DNA of 64,000 nt, from positions 38,590 through 102,589 of the forward strand of contig JAGBDC010000030.1 in the NCBI GenBank assembly GCA_017937705.1, in the 5' to 3' direction. The notes beneath the pieces are model-generated. The model ran no database searches. It was not told where the DNA came from and worked only from the letters and a program-made list of their open reading frames with translations. Every line of letters starts with the position of its first letter. The stretch's first letter is position 1. Shown here piece by piece: positions 1 through 9,163 of this stretch. This stretch comes from Alphaproteobacteria bacterium (GTDB taxonomy: Bacteria > Pseudomonadota > Alphaproteobacteria > RF32 > CAG-239). The position numbers and the translations under genes are program-made.

Positions 1-1
1 C

Positions 2-1369
2 CATATAGATGATGAAAAATTAAATTCTTACATATATAAAAACTTCATAGAAAAAGACATTGAGCAACAAATATTAGATATAAATTTACAAGAGCAACAT
101 CCATTAAATGGACACATAGAATATTGCCGTTTATCAGAATTAATTGATTTTTCATTACCAAAATTTGATAAAAAAATAAATTTGAATTCTGGTAAAAAAT
201 TAAAGATTAATAGTTGTTATCCTCAAGAAAGAGTGAAAAATCTAGTTTCATATTTTAATTCAGGGGTTACATATGATAATGATGATGTAAGCAATGAAAA
301 AACTGAAAATGTTGTCCTTACCGCAGATAACATAAATTTACTAAATAAGCTAGATATAAAAAAAAGAATTTATCTCAAAGGGGAAGTGAAGCTACATCCT
401 GATAAAAAACTTCAAAATAAGGATATTTTTATTTGTTTGTCTAGTGGGAGTAAGAGACATGTTGGAAAAGTTGCTTACATAGATAGAAATATGCCATATT
501 ACGCTGGCGGATTTATGGGGATAATAAGAGTTAAAGAAAAATTAATCAGACCATTATATTTTTATACAATTTTACAGCATCCTTACATTAAGCAAACTTT
601 AGAAGCAAGTTCAACAGGTAACAATATTAATAATTTATACAGTGCGTTGAATGATGTTAAACTTCCAATACCTCCCTTGAGTATTCAGGATAAGATAGTT
701 GAAGAAATAAATTTCCTAGTCAGTGAACAAGAAACAGCACAAGCATCCCTAAATAGGCTGAAATATGATATTATTAAATTAGTTGATAGTAAGAATGTAG
801 AAGTCTGCAAACTAAAAAGAGTGGTAAATACAAATCCTGAAAAATTGTCATGCAATGATAATACTTGTATATCCTTTATTGATATGTCTTCCGTTAGCAC
901 TAATGGATACATTATACATCAAGAAAGAAAATCTTACAGTGCTGTAAAGCATGGTAGTTATAAATCATTTCAAGAAAATGATGTAATTATAGCTAAAATT
1001 GCCCCTTGTATGGAAAATGGAAAATGTGCTATCGCCCGTAATTTAATAAATCAAATAGGTTTTGGAAGTACAGAATTTCATGTGTTTAGATGTAATACAG
1101 ATTACATCTTACCAGAAATTCTTTTCTACAAACTTAATAGACAAGAAGTCAGGGATGAAGCCCATAAAGTTATGACAGGAAAAAGTGGTCATAGAAGAGT
1201 TCCCATAGAATTCTATGAAGAAATGGAATTATCATTACCAAATATAGAGGAGCAAAAGAACCTTGTTAAAATTATTTCTCAAAAGGAAGCAGAAATAGAA
1301 AGGCTTCAAAAAGAGATAGATGAAATTCCTGCTAAAAAACAAGCCATTTTAGACAAGTATCTTAAATAA
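2..1369 (+). CDS. hsdS: Type I restriction-modification specificity subunit HsdS (two target-recognition domains); frame is open to the left window edge, so 5'-partial or N-terminally extended/fused
   Basis: ORF track 182..1369. Two variable ~150-aa regions are each followed by the conserved S-subunit helical spacer (LPIPPLSIQDKIVEEINFL...; LSLPNIEEQKNLVKIISQKEAEIERLQKEI...). In the same frame, nt 2-181 contain no stop and no ATG/GTG/TTG. Confidence 0.8.
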   Translation, partial: HIDDEKLNSYIYKNFIEKDIEQQILDINLQEQHPLNGHIEYCRLSELIDFSLPKFDKKINLNSGKKLKINSCYPQERVKNLVSYFNSGVTYDNDDVSNEKTENVVLTADNINLLNKLDIKKRIYLKGEVKLHPDKKLQNKDIFICLSSGSKRHVGKVAYIDRNMPYYAGGFMGIIRVKEKLIRPLYFYTILQHPYIKQTLEASSTGNNINNLYSALNDVKLPIPPLSIQDKIVEEINFLVSEQETAQASLNRLKYDIIKLVDSKNVEVCKLKRVVNTNPEKLSCNDNTCISFIDMSSVSTNGYIIHQERKSYSAVKHGSYKSFQENDVIIAKIAPCMENGKCAIARNLINQIGFGSTEFHVFRCNTDYILPEILFYKLNRQEVRDEAHKVMTGKSGHRRVPIEFYEEMELSLPNIEEQKNLVKIISQKEAEIERLQKEIDEIPAKKQAILDKYLK

Positions 1370-1417
1370 ACTAACTCCATCCAAAAATGTTTTATCAGAA
1401 TTGAGAAGTGAATCATA

Positions 1418-1445
1418 TTGACTTTTTGGCGTTTTTATGTACTAT
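1418..1445 (+). promoter_or_regulatory. Sigma70-like promoter for the 1495..1914 orphan gene
   Basis: TTGACT (1418-1423), 16-nt spacer, TACTAT (1440-1445), about 50 nt upstream of the ATG. Confidence 0.35.
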
Positions 1446-1494
1446 GGTCATCAACTAATGATCATTAATATTAACTATTAAAACTTCACGCTTT

Positions 1495-1914
1495 ATGAAC
1501 AAGAATAACATTCCGGAAGATGTTTTCAAAACTTTTCTGGCCTCTTTGGAGCAGGCTTTAAGTGCTACTACGGAGTATTACTCAGATTGTGTCGTGCATG
1601 TAAAATCCAGTCAGCATCGTTACCCTGCAAGATTGGTCACAATCACACGAGAGAAGAATCCTGATTGTTTGGATGTTTACAATGTATTGCACGAGCATCC
1701 TACAGATTGTAGCAAGCTGAAATTCGTAAACAGCGGCGACGACTACGTAAACTATCATTTGGCCGAAAAATTTGGCGGTCATGCTACTGTTGAGATGTGG
1801 ACCTTGTACAATGTTCCTCGTTCATTTGTATCCTATGGTTACAAAGGCAAAGAGTTGCCGACGGCAGCAGAAATTATCGAGTACATAGAAAAACTGTGTG
1901 CTGAAAGACCGTAG
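1495..1914 (+). CDS. Hypothetical protein (139 aa), visibly GC-richer than neighbours
   Basis: Clean ORF with its own promoter-like hexamers and a downstream hairpin plus T-run. No recognisable motif. Confidence 0.55.
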   Translation: MNKNNIPEDVFKTFLASLEQALSATTEYYSDCVVHVKSSQHRYPARLVTITREKNPDCLDVYNVLHEHPTDCSKLKFVNSGDDYVNYHLAEKFGGHATVEMWTLYNVPRSFVSYGYKGKELPTAAEIIEYIEKLCAERP

Positions 1915-1941
1915 GGAATTTATTTTCTGAAATCAATAAAA

Positions 1942-1970
1942 GGCTGTGCATTTTGGCACCGCCTTTTTTT
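1942..1970 (+). terminator. Rho-independent terminator
   Basis: GGCTGTGC / GCACCGCC stem (one mismatch) followed by T7, 28 nt after the stop at 1914. Confidence 0.6.
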
Positions 1971-1978
1971 GTTATGTA

Positions 1979-2006
1979 TTGACAATTATTTTTTGGGTTT
2001 TAATAT
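1979..2006 (+). promoter_or_regulatory. Sigma70-like promoter of dinB
   Basis: TTGACA (1979-1984), 16-nt spacer, TAATAT (2001-2006). Confidence 0.45.
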
Positions 2007-2007
2007 A

Positions 2008-2022
2008 GAACAAAAATGGAAC
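2008..2022 (+). promoter_or_regulatory. Alphaproteobacterial-type LexA (SOS) box, GAAC-N7-GAAC
   Basis: GAACaaaaatgGAAC lies between the -10 hexamer and the dinB ATG (2030). The direct-repeat motif matches the SOS box described for Rhodobacter/Rhizobium. Confidence 0.6.
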
Positions 2023-2029
2023 ATTGTTA

Positions 2030-3190
2030 ATGAAACAGCGAATTATCGGATTAATAGATTGTGATGCTTTTTTTGTATCTTGTGAACGGGTAGATAATCC
2101 CGATTTGCAAAATAAACCGGTATGCGTTATGACCGGAGGAGGAAATAAGGGGATTATTGTTTCTCGTTCAAAAGAAGCAAAAGCAATAGGAATAAAAATG
2201 GGAGCACCTTATTTTCAGATACAAAAAACGCACCCGCAAGCAATTTGTATTCCGGCTCGACATCAGCGATATTCAGAAATTTCGCATAGGGTTATGAATA
2301 TTATTCGAGAATTTACTCCCGATGTTGAAGAAGTATCAATTGATGAAGCGTACGTTGATTTAACCGGTCTGAATGAAATTTATAAAACATCATACACCGA
2401 ATTAATTGCTCGTATAAGAAAAACAATTTTGGAAAAAGCAGATGTTCCGGTATCAATAGGATTAAGTTGTTCCAAAACTTTAGCCAAACTGGCGAGTGAT
2501 AAGGCAAAAAACAAAGGAGGAATATTTATAATTCACCCTGATAAAATTATGGAAACCATCGGAAATATCGATATTGAAGATATTTGCGGTATTGGAACTC
2601 AAAGTGCGAAAAACCTCAAATTTAACGGCATTTTTACAATTAGCGATTTTGTTAGCCAAGATAATACTTGGATAAAAAAGGCGATGGGAGTAAACGGACT
2701 AAATTTGAAATTTGAACTTATGGGAATTTCAACTTCATCGGTTGATGCCGATCCGCATGCTCCACAATCTATTCAAGATACGAAATCTTTTGAAGATTTT
2801 AGTGATAATTTAGAATTTTTATCTTCACAGCTAAAATATCATATACAAAATGCTTCTCGGAAATTGAGACAATGGAACGGTTTTTGCGGAGAAGTCGGAG
2901 TTATATTACGAACCAAGGATTTTAGCACTTCTGTTTTATATTCAAAGTTAGAAACATCAACAAATTCGGATTTTGTTTTGCGAAATACGGCAATATCGCT
3001 CCTAAATAAACTATATCGTCCGAAGTTGTTATATCGTAGTGTGGGGGTGGAATTAAAAAAATTATCTTATAATGAAGAAATACAACAATCTTTGTTTGAA
3101 ACTCTAAAACATGATGATGATAAACTTTCTCGAATTATTGATGATTTAGAACAAAAATTCGGAAAAGATGTCATAAAACGAGGGATGTAA
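2030..3190 (+). CDS. dinB: DNA polymerase IV (Y-family translesion polymerase)
   Basis: N-terminal IIGLIDCDAFFVSCE and SIDEAYVDLTG catalytic motifs, typical length. ATG at 2030 preferred over the TTG at 2024. Confidence 0.9.
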   Translation: MKQRIIGLIDCDAFFVSCERVDNPDLQNKPVCVMTGGGNKGIIVSRSKEAKAIGIKMGAPYFQIQKTHPQAICIPARHQRYSEISHRVMNIIREFTPDVEEVSIDEAYVDLTGLNEIYKTSYTELIARIRKTILEKADVPVSIGLSCSKTLAKLASDKAKNKGGIFIIHPDKIMETIGNIDIEDICGIGTQSAKNLKFNGIFTISDFVSQDNTWIKKAMGVNGLNLKFELMGISTSSVDADPHAPQSIQDTKSFEDFSDNLEFLSSQLKYHIQNASRKLRQWNGFCGEVGVILRTKDFSTSVLYSKLETSTNSDFVLRNTAISLLNKLYRPKLLYRSVGVELKKLSYNEEIQQSLFETLKHDDDKLSRIIDDLEQKFGKDVIKRGM

Positions 3191-3245
3191 TTTTCGTGTT
3201 TGATAAAAGAAAAAGGGGGAGCCTAAGCTCCGCCCCAAAAAACAA

Positions 3246-3554
3246 CTAGGCAAACAAAGATATACAAGACTGAATAAGCAACCATAATGTGAATGCTAGT
3301 GCACTCAACAATATGATAAGAAAGATAATTTCCTTTTTTGCTGCTTTTATCGTTATATTGGTTTTCTTTGTCTTTTCTAGTGTTTCTTTTGGCTGCTCTG
3401 CGGTTTCACGCAGTCTGCGATGTGCTAACTGACAAACGGCATTCGCTGTTTGATTAATTGAATTAGTAGCAACAGCCGTCGGAGTGATTGTTCTGAGTAT
3501 CATACGCGCTATTATTTTATGTTCATTATTACAAAAAACAATATGGAACGACAT
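3246..3554 (-). CDS. Hypothetical small protein with C-terminal transmembrane helix
   Basis: 102-aa ORF with a hydrophobic tail (IIFLIILLSALAFTLWLLIQ). No motif recognised; coding status uncertain. Confidence 0.3.
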   Translation of the reverse strand: MSFHIVFCNNEHKIIARMILRTITPTAVATNSINQTANAVCQLAHRRLRETAEQPKETLEKTKKTNITIKAAKKEIIFLIILLSALAFTLWLLIQSCISLFA

Positions 3555-3674
3555 GATATAAACATCAAGACAACCAAAAGCTTTTTATAATAATGAACAT
3601 AATTAAACTTACAAATTTTTTATTATTTTTATGCTAACACATAGCGAGAAATATTGCAATATGTAAAAACTTTA

Positions 3675-4310
3675 CTAAAGTTGCATCATTGATTTTATAG
3701 TCAATATTTTTTCTAAAATACTTTTATCTCGAAAATAGTCCGGAATTATTTGTTCTGCTGATACCAAAACATTTTCGGAATAAGTTCCTGCTCTAGTTTG
3801 CTTGTCTAAAAGCATTTCATTTGCGGTTATTGTGTTTTTTTCTTTCATTAATATTGATAAAAAATCATCAATATTAATTTCTAAAACGGATTTTACCTCG
3901 TTGCCGGAATTTTTGAAGTTCATTTCCTTTAGTTTTTGCTTAGTCTTCAAGCCATAAAAAAATTGAAATTCTTTTATTTTATAATTTGGAGTAGGATTAC
4001 AATTACAAATTCTTATTCCTAAAAAGTCATAATCATTAACATCTATACCAAATTCTTCTTTAGCTTCTCTATACAAAGCTTGTTCAACAGTTTCGTCACC
4101 TTCTACATGACCTCCGATTGAAAAATCTATATAATCGGGACGATCAAAACCATAACTTTCTTTAGGGTAAATTGTTTGAAAATACAAACAGTCGTTTTGA
4201 GGATTAAATAGAATTCCTGTTACGACCTTATGCCATAAACCGTCTCTATGAACAATTTTTTTATCTTCGTTATACAGCGGTTCCATTTTGTTGTTATATA
4301 CTTTTAGCAT
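3675..4310 (-). CDS. NUDIX hydrolase
   Basis: Nudix box GGHVEGDETVEQALYREAKEEFGI (GX5EX7REUXEEXGU). Confidence 0.85.
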   Translation of the reverse strand: MLKVYNNKMEPLYNEDKKIVHRDGLWHKVVTGILFNPQNDCLYFQTIYPKESYGFDRPDYIDFSIGGHVEGDETVEQALYREAKEEFGIDVNDYDFLGIRICNCNPTPNYKIKEFQFFYGLKTKQKLKEMNFKNSGNEVKSVLEINIDDFLSILMKEKNTITANEMLLDKQTRAGTYSENVLVSAEQIIPDYFRDKSILEKILTIKSMMQL

Positions 4311-4312
4311 AG

Positions 4313-5191
4313 TTATCTGTTTCTTGATGACATATTTATAGAAATGCGTACATTGTTATTATCTTTACTCTCGGCTATTTCCGCAAAACGAGTTATGCCG
4401 CAATTCTTTGCCATTTCTTTTGCTATGGCAAAGTTTCCGCCCAATTGTGAAACTGCATGTGCATCATCACTAATCAATACGGGAATATTTTCTTGTGCCA
4501 ACATTTTCATAATACGTTGACCGGGATAGGGCTCGTTACCAAATTTAAAATAGCTTGTATTTAACTCAACAAGCACACCGGCATTTTTAATTGTTGCTAT
4601 CGTTTTTCTTTCTTCTTCTGCCCACTCAGGCTCAATTCCTAGCCCAACTTTTTTCATCAAGTCTAAATGTGCCATAAATGTAAATAGTCCAGATTGTGCT
4701 GCTGCTCGTTCGTTTTGCCAATAACGATACAAAAGTTGATTTTGTTCCGCTTTAGAAGATGCCTTTAAATCGTGAGAATTATAGAGTGTATTATTATGTT
4801 CAATAAAATGGGCTGCTCCGATAAGATAATCCGGTTTGAGATGGGCTCTTGCTTTTTCAAAATTTTCACGCCATTCCGGATATGCAAAAAAATCAACCTC
4901 CATACCTTTTAATATTTTAATATCACTCTCTTTTTTAAGCTCATCTATTTTTTTATAGTGCTCTTCAAACTTTGCAATTACTTCATCAAAAGATGAAGAG
5001 TATATATTATGATAATTTCCCTTAACCGCATATTGGTACATCGGAGCTTCTTTAATTGCTCTATGAACAATAAAATGATTGGAAAAACCTATATGAGACC
5101 ATCCCAATTCTTTGGCTTTTTCTAACATTTCCGCTTCAGAATTACGTCCGTCAAAACCGATTGTGTGAGTATGTAATGAAAATTTTTGCAT
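4313..5191 (-). CDS. PHP-family phosphoesterase (histidinol-phosphatase HisJ-like)
   Basis: N-terminal FSLHTHT metal-binding motif, further His/Asp motifs (GAAHF, AHLD, SDDAH). Start taken at the internal ATG (MQKFSLHTHT) with AAGAGA upstream. Confidence 0.8.
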   Translation of the reverse strand: MQKFSLHTHTIGFDGRNSEAEMLEKAKELGWSHIGFSNHFIVHRAIKEAPMYQYAVKGNYHNIYSSSFDEVIAKFEEHYKKIDELKKESDIKILKGMEVDFFAYPEWRENFEKARAHLKPDYLIGAAHFIEHNNTLYNSHDLKASSKAEQNQLLYRYWQNERAAAQSGLFTFMAHLDLMKKVGLGIEPEWAEEERKTIATIKNAGVLVELNTSYFKFGNEPYPGQRIMKMLAQENIPVLISDDAHAVSQLGGNFAIAKEMAKNCGITRFAEIAESKDNNNVRISINMSSRNR

Positions 5192-5316
5192 ATTATTTCT
5201 CTTAAATCTATACCACAGCCACAATAACATAAAGAGTATAATATTTGCAATGGTTTTCTTGACAATAATTATTGCTTTAGATACGATAATAAAAAATTTT
5301 ATTGAGGAAGCATTTT

Positions 5317-5625
5317 ATGGAAACAAAAGAACTTAAAATTGAACAAATAAAAGATAACGGAACACTTACTTGCAAATTATCCGGTTGGCTTGATCCGAAT
5401 ACATCTCCAAAATTGGTGGATAGTATTAATTTAGATAAAGTTACAACTTTAATATTTGATATGCAAAACGTAGAATATGTTTTTTCTGCAGGACTTCGGG
5501 CTTTTTTGATTTTTCAAAAATTTATAGATTTGCAAAACGGAACAATGAAATTAATTAATGTTTCAGACGATATCCGTTCTATTTTTGAATGTACCGGTTT
5601 TGAAAGTATGTTAGAAACAAAATAA
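5317..5625 (+). CDS. STAS-domain anti-sigma-factor antagonist (RsbV/SpoIIAA-like)
   Basis: About 100 aa with the conserved phosphorylatable Ser context VEYVFSAGLRAF. GAGGAAG RBS 6 nt before ATG 5317. Stop overlaps the start of the next gene (ATAATGA). Confidence 0.85.
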   Translation: METKELKIEQIKDNGTLTCKLSGWLDPNTSPKLVDSINLDKVTTLIFDMQNVEYVFSAGLRAFLIFQKFIDLQNGTMKLINVSDDIRSIFECTGFESMLETK

Positions 5626-7958
5626 TGATAAAGAGCCTGAAATCGTGGCTGAATGAACAGTCCTTAAATTTTAAACTGAGTGTCAGTATTTTGACATGTG
5701 TCGGTTTGGTGTTTTTAGGGCTTGTTTTTTTTATATCTGAAAAATCAGAACCGATTATAAAATCACAAATTGAAGATGTAGCTCAAAAAACTGTCGAATC
5801 TTATGTTTTTGATTTTAATAATTTAATTGAAGGTACGGAACAGATAATTTTAAATACTAAAAATACTCTTGTTCAAGCAAAAAAAGATAAAGCCATCTAT
5901 TTTCAAGCCTTATTAAACTCAGCACTGACAACCACACATCTGAAAATTTCTAATGCATGGATATATGTATTTTCTGATGAAGATGTAACAAACGGAATTT
6001 TGTATAAAAGTATTTTGCAAAAAAACGGAGAAATTGATTTTAAATCAGAAGAAATCAGCGATTTTTATGATAAATTTCCATGGTTTACGGAAGTTCCTAA
6101 AGAAGAAAAAATATTTTGGTCGGAACCTTATGAAGATAAAAATACCGCCCAAACGGTTATTACCGGTTTAATCCCTTTTAAATTTAGGGATAGTAAAGTT
6201 TTTAATGGTTTGGTTGCCATAACTGTTAATTTGTCAAATATCCGAGATAGTGTTAATGATTTTTCTTTTTACGAAACCGGAAAATTATTGCTTTTATCTC
6301 GTTTAGGACTATATGTAACTCATCCTAATCCGGATATTGCACTAAAAACGACAATATTTGATTTGGCTAAAAAAATAAATTTACCGGAACTTGATTATAT
6401 CGGTAATGAGCTTAAAGCGGGAAAAACAGGCCAAAAAGAAATATCATCGTCAACTGTTTTTGACGAGAAAGTCGTAGTTTTTTATGCTCCGATAAAGTCT
6501 ATCGGTTGGAGCTTTTGTTTAATATATCAACAAAACGAATTTCTAAAACCGCTTCATCATTTTAAATATATTGTCTTTGTTGCTTTGTTTATATCAATTA
6601 TATTGTTATTGTTGATTATTAACAAAATATGTAAACATTCTACCACTCAGTTATCGGCATTAGGAATGATTGCTTCTTTATATGGCAGCGGTAATTTTTC
6701 ACAAGTATTTGGAGAAGAACCATCTTCAAAAGATGTAAAAATAATTTCTAAAGCATTGGCAGATATGCGCAAAAATTTACTAAAACACATCGAAAAAGAA
6801 AAACAAAATGCTGCAGAAACACAAAAAAATGCTAGTGAACTTGAAATTGCAAGAAACATTCAAAATTCTGCGTTATCAGTTGATTTTCCGCAAAATAATA
6901 TTTTTGATATTTATGCGTTAATGAAACCGGCAAAACAAGTAGGGGGCGATTTTTATGACTTTTTCTATATAGATGACAATAATTTTGCCATTGTCATCGC
7001 CGATGTTTCCGGAAAAGGTATTCCTGCTGCATTATATATGATGAAAGCTCAAACACTTATAAAAAATATAACTAAAAGTAAAATTGATATTGCAGATGTT
7101 TTTTATAAAGCAAATAATGAACTGTGCGAAGGAAACGACAGTTGTATGTTTGTAACCGTATTTATGGCTGTTATAAATTTATCTAAAGGGGAAGTTCGGT
7201 GCGTAAATGCCGGTCATATACCGCCATTATTATTTGATGGTTTTGCATATAGCTCTTTATCAACTCATAAAAATATTGTTCTAGGTATCAGAAAAAACAT
7301 AAAATTCGTTAGTGATAAGTTTAATATATTACCTGACAATCGTATTCTTTTATATACGGACGGAGTTACTGAAGCTGAAAATTCATCTTCAAAATTTTTC
7401 GGAGAAAAACGTTTATTTAAGGCATTGCAAAAAAATAAACCTAATCCGAAAGAAAATTTGAGTACAATTTCAAAAAACATAAATAAATTTGCTCAAAATA
7501 CCGCGCAATCAGATGATATAACAATGCTTGAGTTTGTATATAAAGGGAAAAATATCGAAAATTTGACAGTTGCTGCTGATTTGAACAATATAAAAAAAAT
7601 TGTAGATTTTCTGAAAAACAATATGCAGAAACATCAAATAGCTGATAAAAATCAATTTAAAATAGTTACATCTGCGGAAGAGATTTTTTCTAATATTGTT
7701 CAATATGCGTATGATAATTTGGAAAATAAAAAAATATCGATTACAGCTCAAAAGGAAAATAAATTATATTGTATTTCGTTTATTGATACCGGCAAAAATT
7801 TTAATCCGCTTGAACAAAAAATGCCGGATATAAGTGTGGATATTAAAGATAGAGAAGTTGGCGGATTAGGGATATTGTTGATAAAAAAACTTGCGGATGA
7901 TGTGCAATATCAACGAATTGAAAATAAGAATATGTTAAAAGCTTATTTTAAACTCTAA
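5625..7958 (+). CDS. Membrane sensor protein: extracytoplasmic (Cache-like) domain + PP2C/SpoIIE phosphatase + C-terminal RsbW-like HATPase serine kinase
   Basis: Two TM segments flank a ~280-aa periplasmic region. PP2C motifs GGDFYDF, VIADVSGKGIPAAL and DGVTEA. C-terminal GGLGILLIKKLADDV ATP-binding motif typical of anti-sigma kinases. Confidence 0.85.
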   Translation: MIKSLKSWLNEQSLNFKLSVSILTCVGLVFLGLVFFISEKSEPIIKSQIEDVAQKTVESYVFDFNNLIEGTEQIILNTKNTLVQAKKDKAIYFQALLNSALTTTHLKISNAWIYVFSDEDVTNGILYKSILQKNGEIDFKSEEISDFYDKFPWFTEVPKEEKIFWSEPYEDKNTAQTVITGLIPFKFRDSKVFNGLVAITVNLSNIRDSVNDFSFYETGKLLLLSRLGLYVTHPNPDIALKTTIFDLAKKINLPELDYIGNELKAGKTGQKEISSSTVFDEKVVVFYAPIKSIGWSFCLIYQQNEFLKPLHHFKYIVFVALFISIILLLLIINKICKHSTTQLSALGMIASLYGSGNFSQVFGEEPSSKDVKIISKALADMRKNLLKHIEKEKQNAAETQKNASELEIARNIQNSALSVDFPQNNIFDIYALMKPAKQVGGDFYDFFYIDDNNFAIVIADVSGKGIPAALYMMKAQTLIKNITKSKIDIADVFYKANNELCEGNDSCMFVTVFMAVINLSKGEVRCVNAGHIPPLLFDGFAYSSLSTHKNIVLGIRKNIKFVSDKFNILPDNRILLYTDGVTEAENSSSKFFGEKRLFKALQKNKPNPKENLSTISKNINKFAQNTAQSDDITMLEFVYKGKNIENLTVAADLNNIKKIVDFLKNNMQKHQIADKNQFKIVTSAEEIFSNIVQYAYDNLENKKISITAQKENKLYCISFIDTGKNFNPLEQKMPDISVDIKDREVGGLGILLIKKLADDVQYQRIENKNMLKAYFKL

Positions 7959-8020
7959 AATTGCTTGTTTTGAGTTTTTAATATGCTAAAATACCTTGAG
8001 CTTGTTGTTTGGAGGAATTA

Positions 8021-8209
8021 ATGGGAATTATAATTTTAAGATTTATCGTAATCTTTTATGTTTTAGGATTGTTGTTTTTAATCATCAACTTGATGAATAA
8101 AGATATTGTAAAAAATAAACGGAGTATATTAGGATTAATATTTTTTCCGGTATTAGTCATAACGTCACAGGGACGCAAGTTTTTAAAAGAAATAATAAAG
8201 GGAGAATAA
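8021..8209 (+). CDS. Small two-TM membrane protein upstream of the SPFH gene
   Basis: GGAGG RBS 5 nt before ATG 8021, two hydrophobic helices, 5 nt from the next gene. Confidence 0.35.
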   Translation: MGIIILRFIVIFYVLGLLFLIINLMNKDIVKNKRSILGLIFFPVLVITSQGRKFLKEIIKGE

Positions 8210-8214
8210 AAATT

Positions 8215-9102
8215 ATGAATAAACGTCATGTAGTTATCGGCATTTTTATTATGTTGTTGTTAGTTTCCATATCTTTTATGGGATTTGAACAAGTGAATGC
8301 CGGTCATAGAGGAATTAAGTTGGTTTGGGGTAAAGTTGTTTCAGATTCTTTACCGGAAGGCCTGTATTTTTACAATCCGATTAGTACCAATATTGTTACA
8401 ATGGACACCAGACTGCAAAAGAAAACGACCAGACTTGAAACTTATACCAAAGACATTCAACAAACAACGATGTTCATCACCGTGAACTATTTTGTTGACC
8501 CTGCAAATGCACATATTTTGTACCAACGTATCGGTTTGAACTATGGTAGTACTTTGATTGAGCCTGCTTTGATGAGCGCGGTAAAAGATGTTGTAGGTAA
8601 GGTTGAGGCTGATAAGTTTATTAATAATCGTGAAGTTGTAACCGAAGAAATCAAACAAAAATTATCGAAGGCACTAGAGGGTTCACATGTAATTATTCAA
8701 AGTGTTTCTATTGAAGATATTGCTTTTTCAAGTGCTTTTGAAGCAGCAATTGAAGCAAAACAGATTGCTACTCAAGAAGCCATAAAATCACAAAATGAAA
8801 CTGTTCGTGTTGAAGAAGAGGGAAAACAAAGAGTGATTAAGGCAAGAGCAGAATCCGATTCAAAGAAAGCCCAATCAGATGCTGATGCTTATGCCATTGA
8901 AGTAGAGTCAAAAGCAAAAGCTGATGCTATCCGCCAAATGGGGTTGGCTGAAGCAGAGGCAATTCGCGAAAAATCTAAAGCTTTATCACAAAATGCTAAT
9001 TTAGTTGAGTTAACAAAAGCTGAAAAATGGAATGGTCAATTACCGCAAAATCTTTACAGTACAGGACCTGTGCCATTTTTAGATATTACCGCAAAAAAAT
9101 AA
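8215..9102 (+). CDS. SPFH/Band-7 (prohibitin-family) membrane protein
   Basis: N-terminal TM helix, GHRGIKLVWGKV start of the SPFH domain, Ala/Glu-rich coiled-coil C-terminus. Confidence 0.9.
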   Translation: MNKRHVVIGIFIMLLLVSISFMGFEQVNAGHRGIKLVWGKVVSDSLPEGLYFYNPISTNIVTMDTRLQKKTTRLETYTKDIQQTTMFITVNYFVDPANAHILYQRIGLNYGSTLIEPALMSAVKDVVGKVEADKFINNREVVTEEIKQKLSKALEGSHVIIQSVSIEDIAFSSAFEAAIEAKQIATQEAIKSQNETVRVEEEGKQRVIKARAESDSKKAQSDADAYAIEVESKAKADAIRQMGLAEAEAIREKSKALSQNANLVELTKAEKWNGQLPQNLYSTGPVPFLDITAKK

Positions 9103-9108
9103 ACATAT

Positions 9109-9136
9109 AAGGAGGACACAGTCCTCCTTACTTATA
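9109..9136 (+). terminator. Rho-independent terminator
   Basis: AAGGAGGAC-ACA-GTCCTCCTT perfect hairpin followed by T-rich sequence, directly after the stop at 9102. Confidence 0.65.
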
Positions 9137-9163
9137 TTTTAAATACGAATATTGGAGATATTT

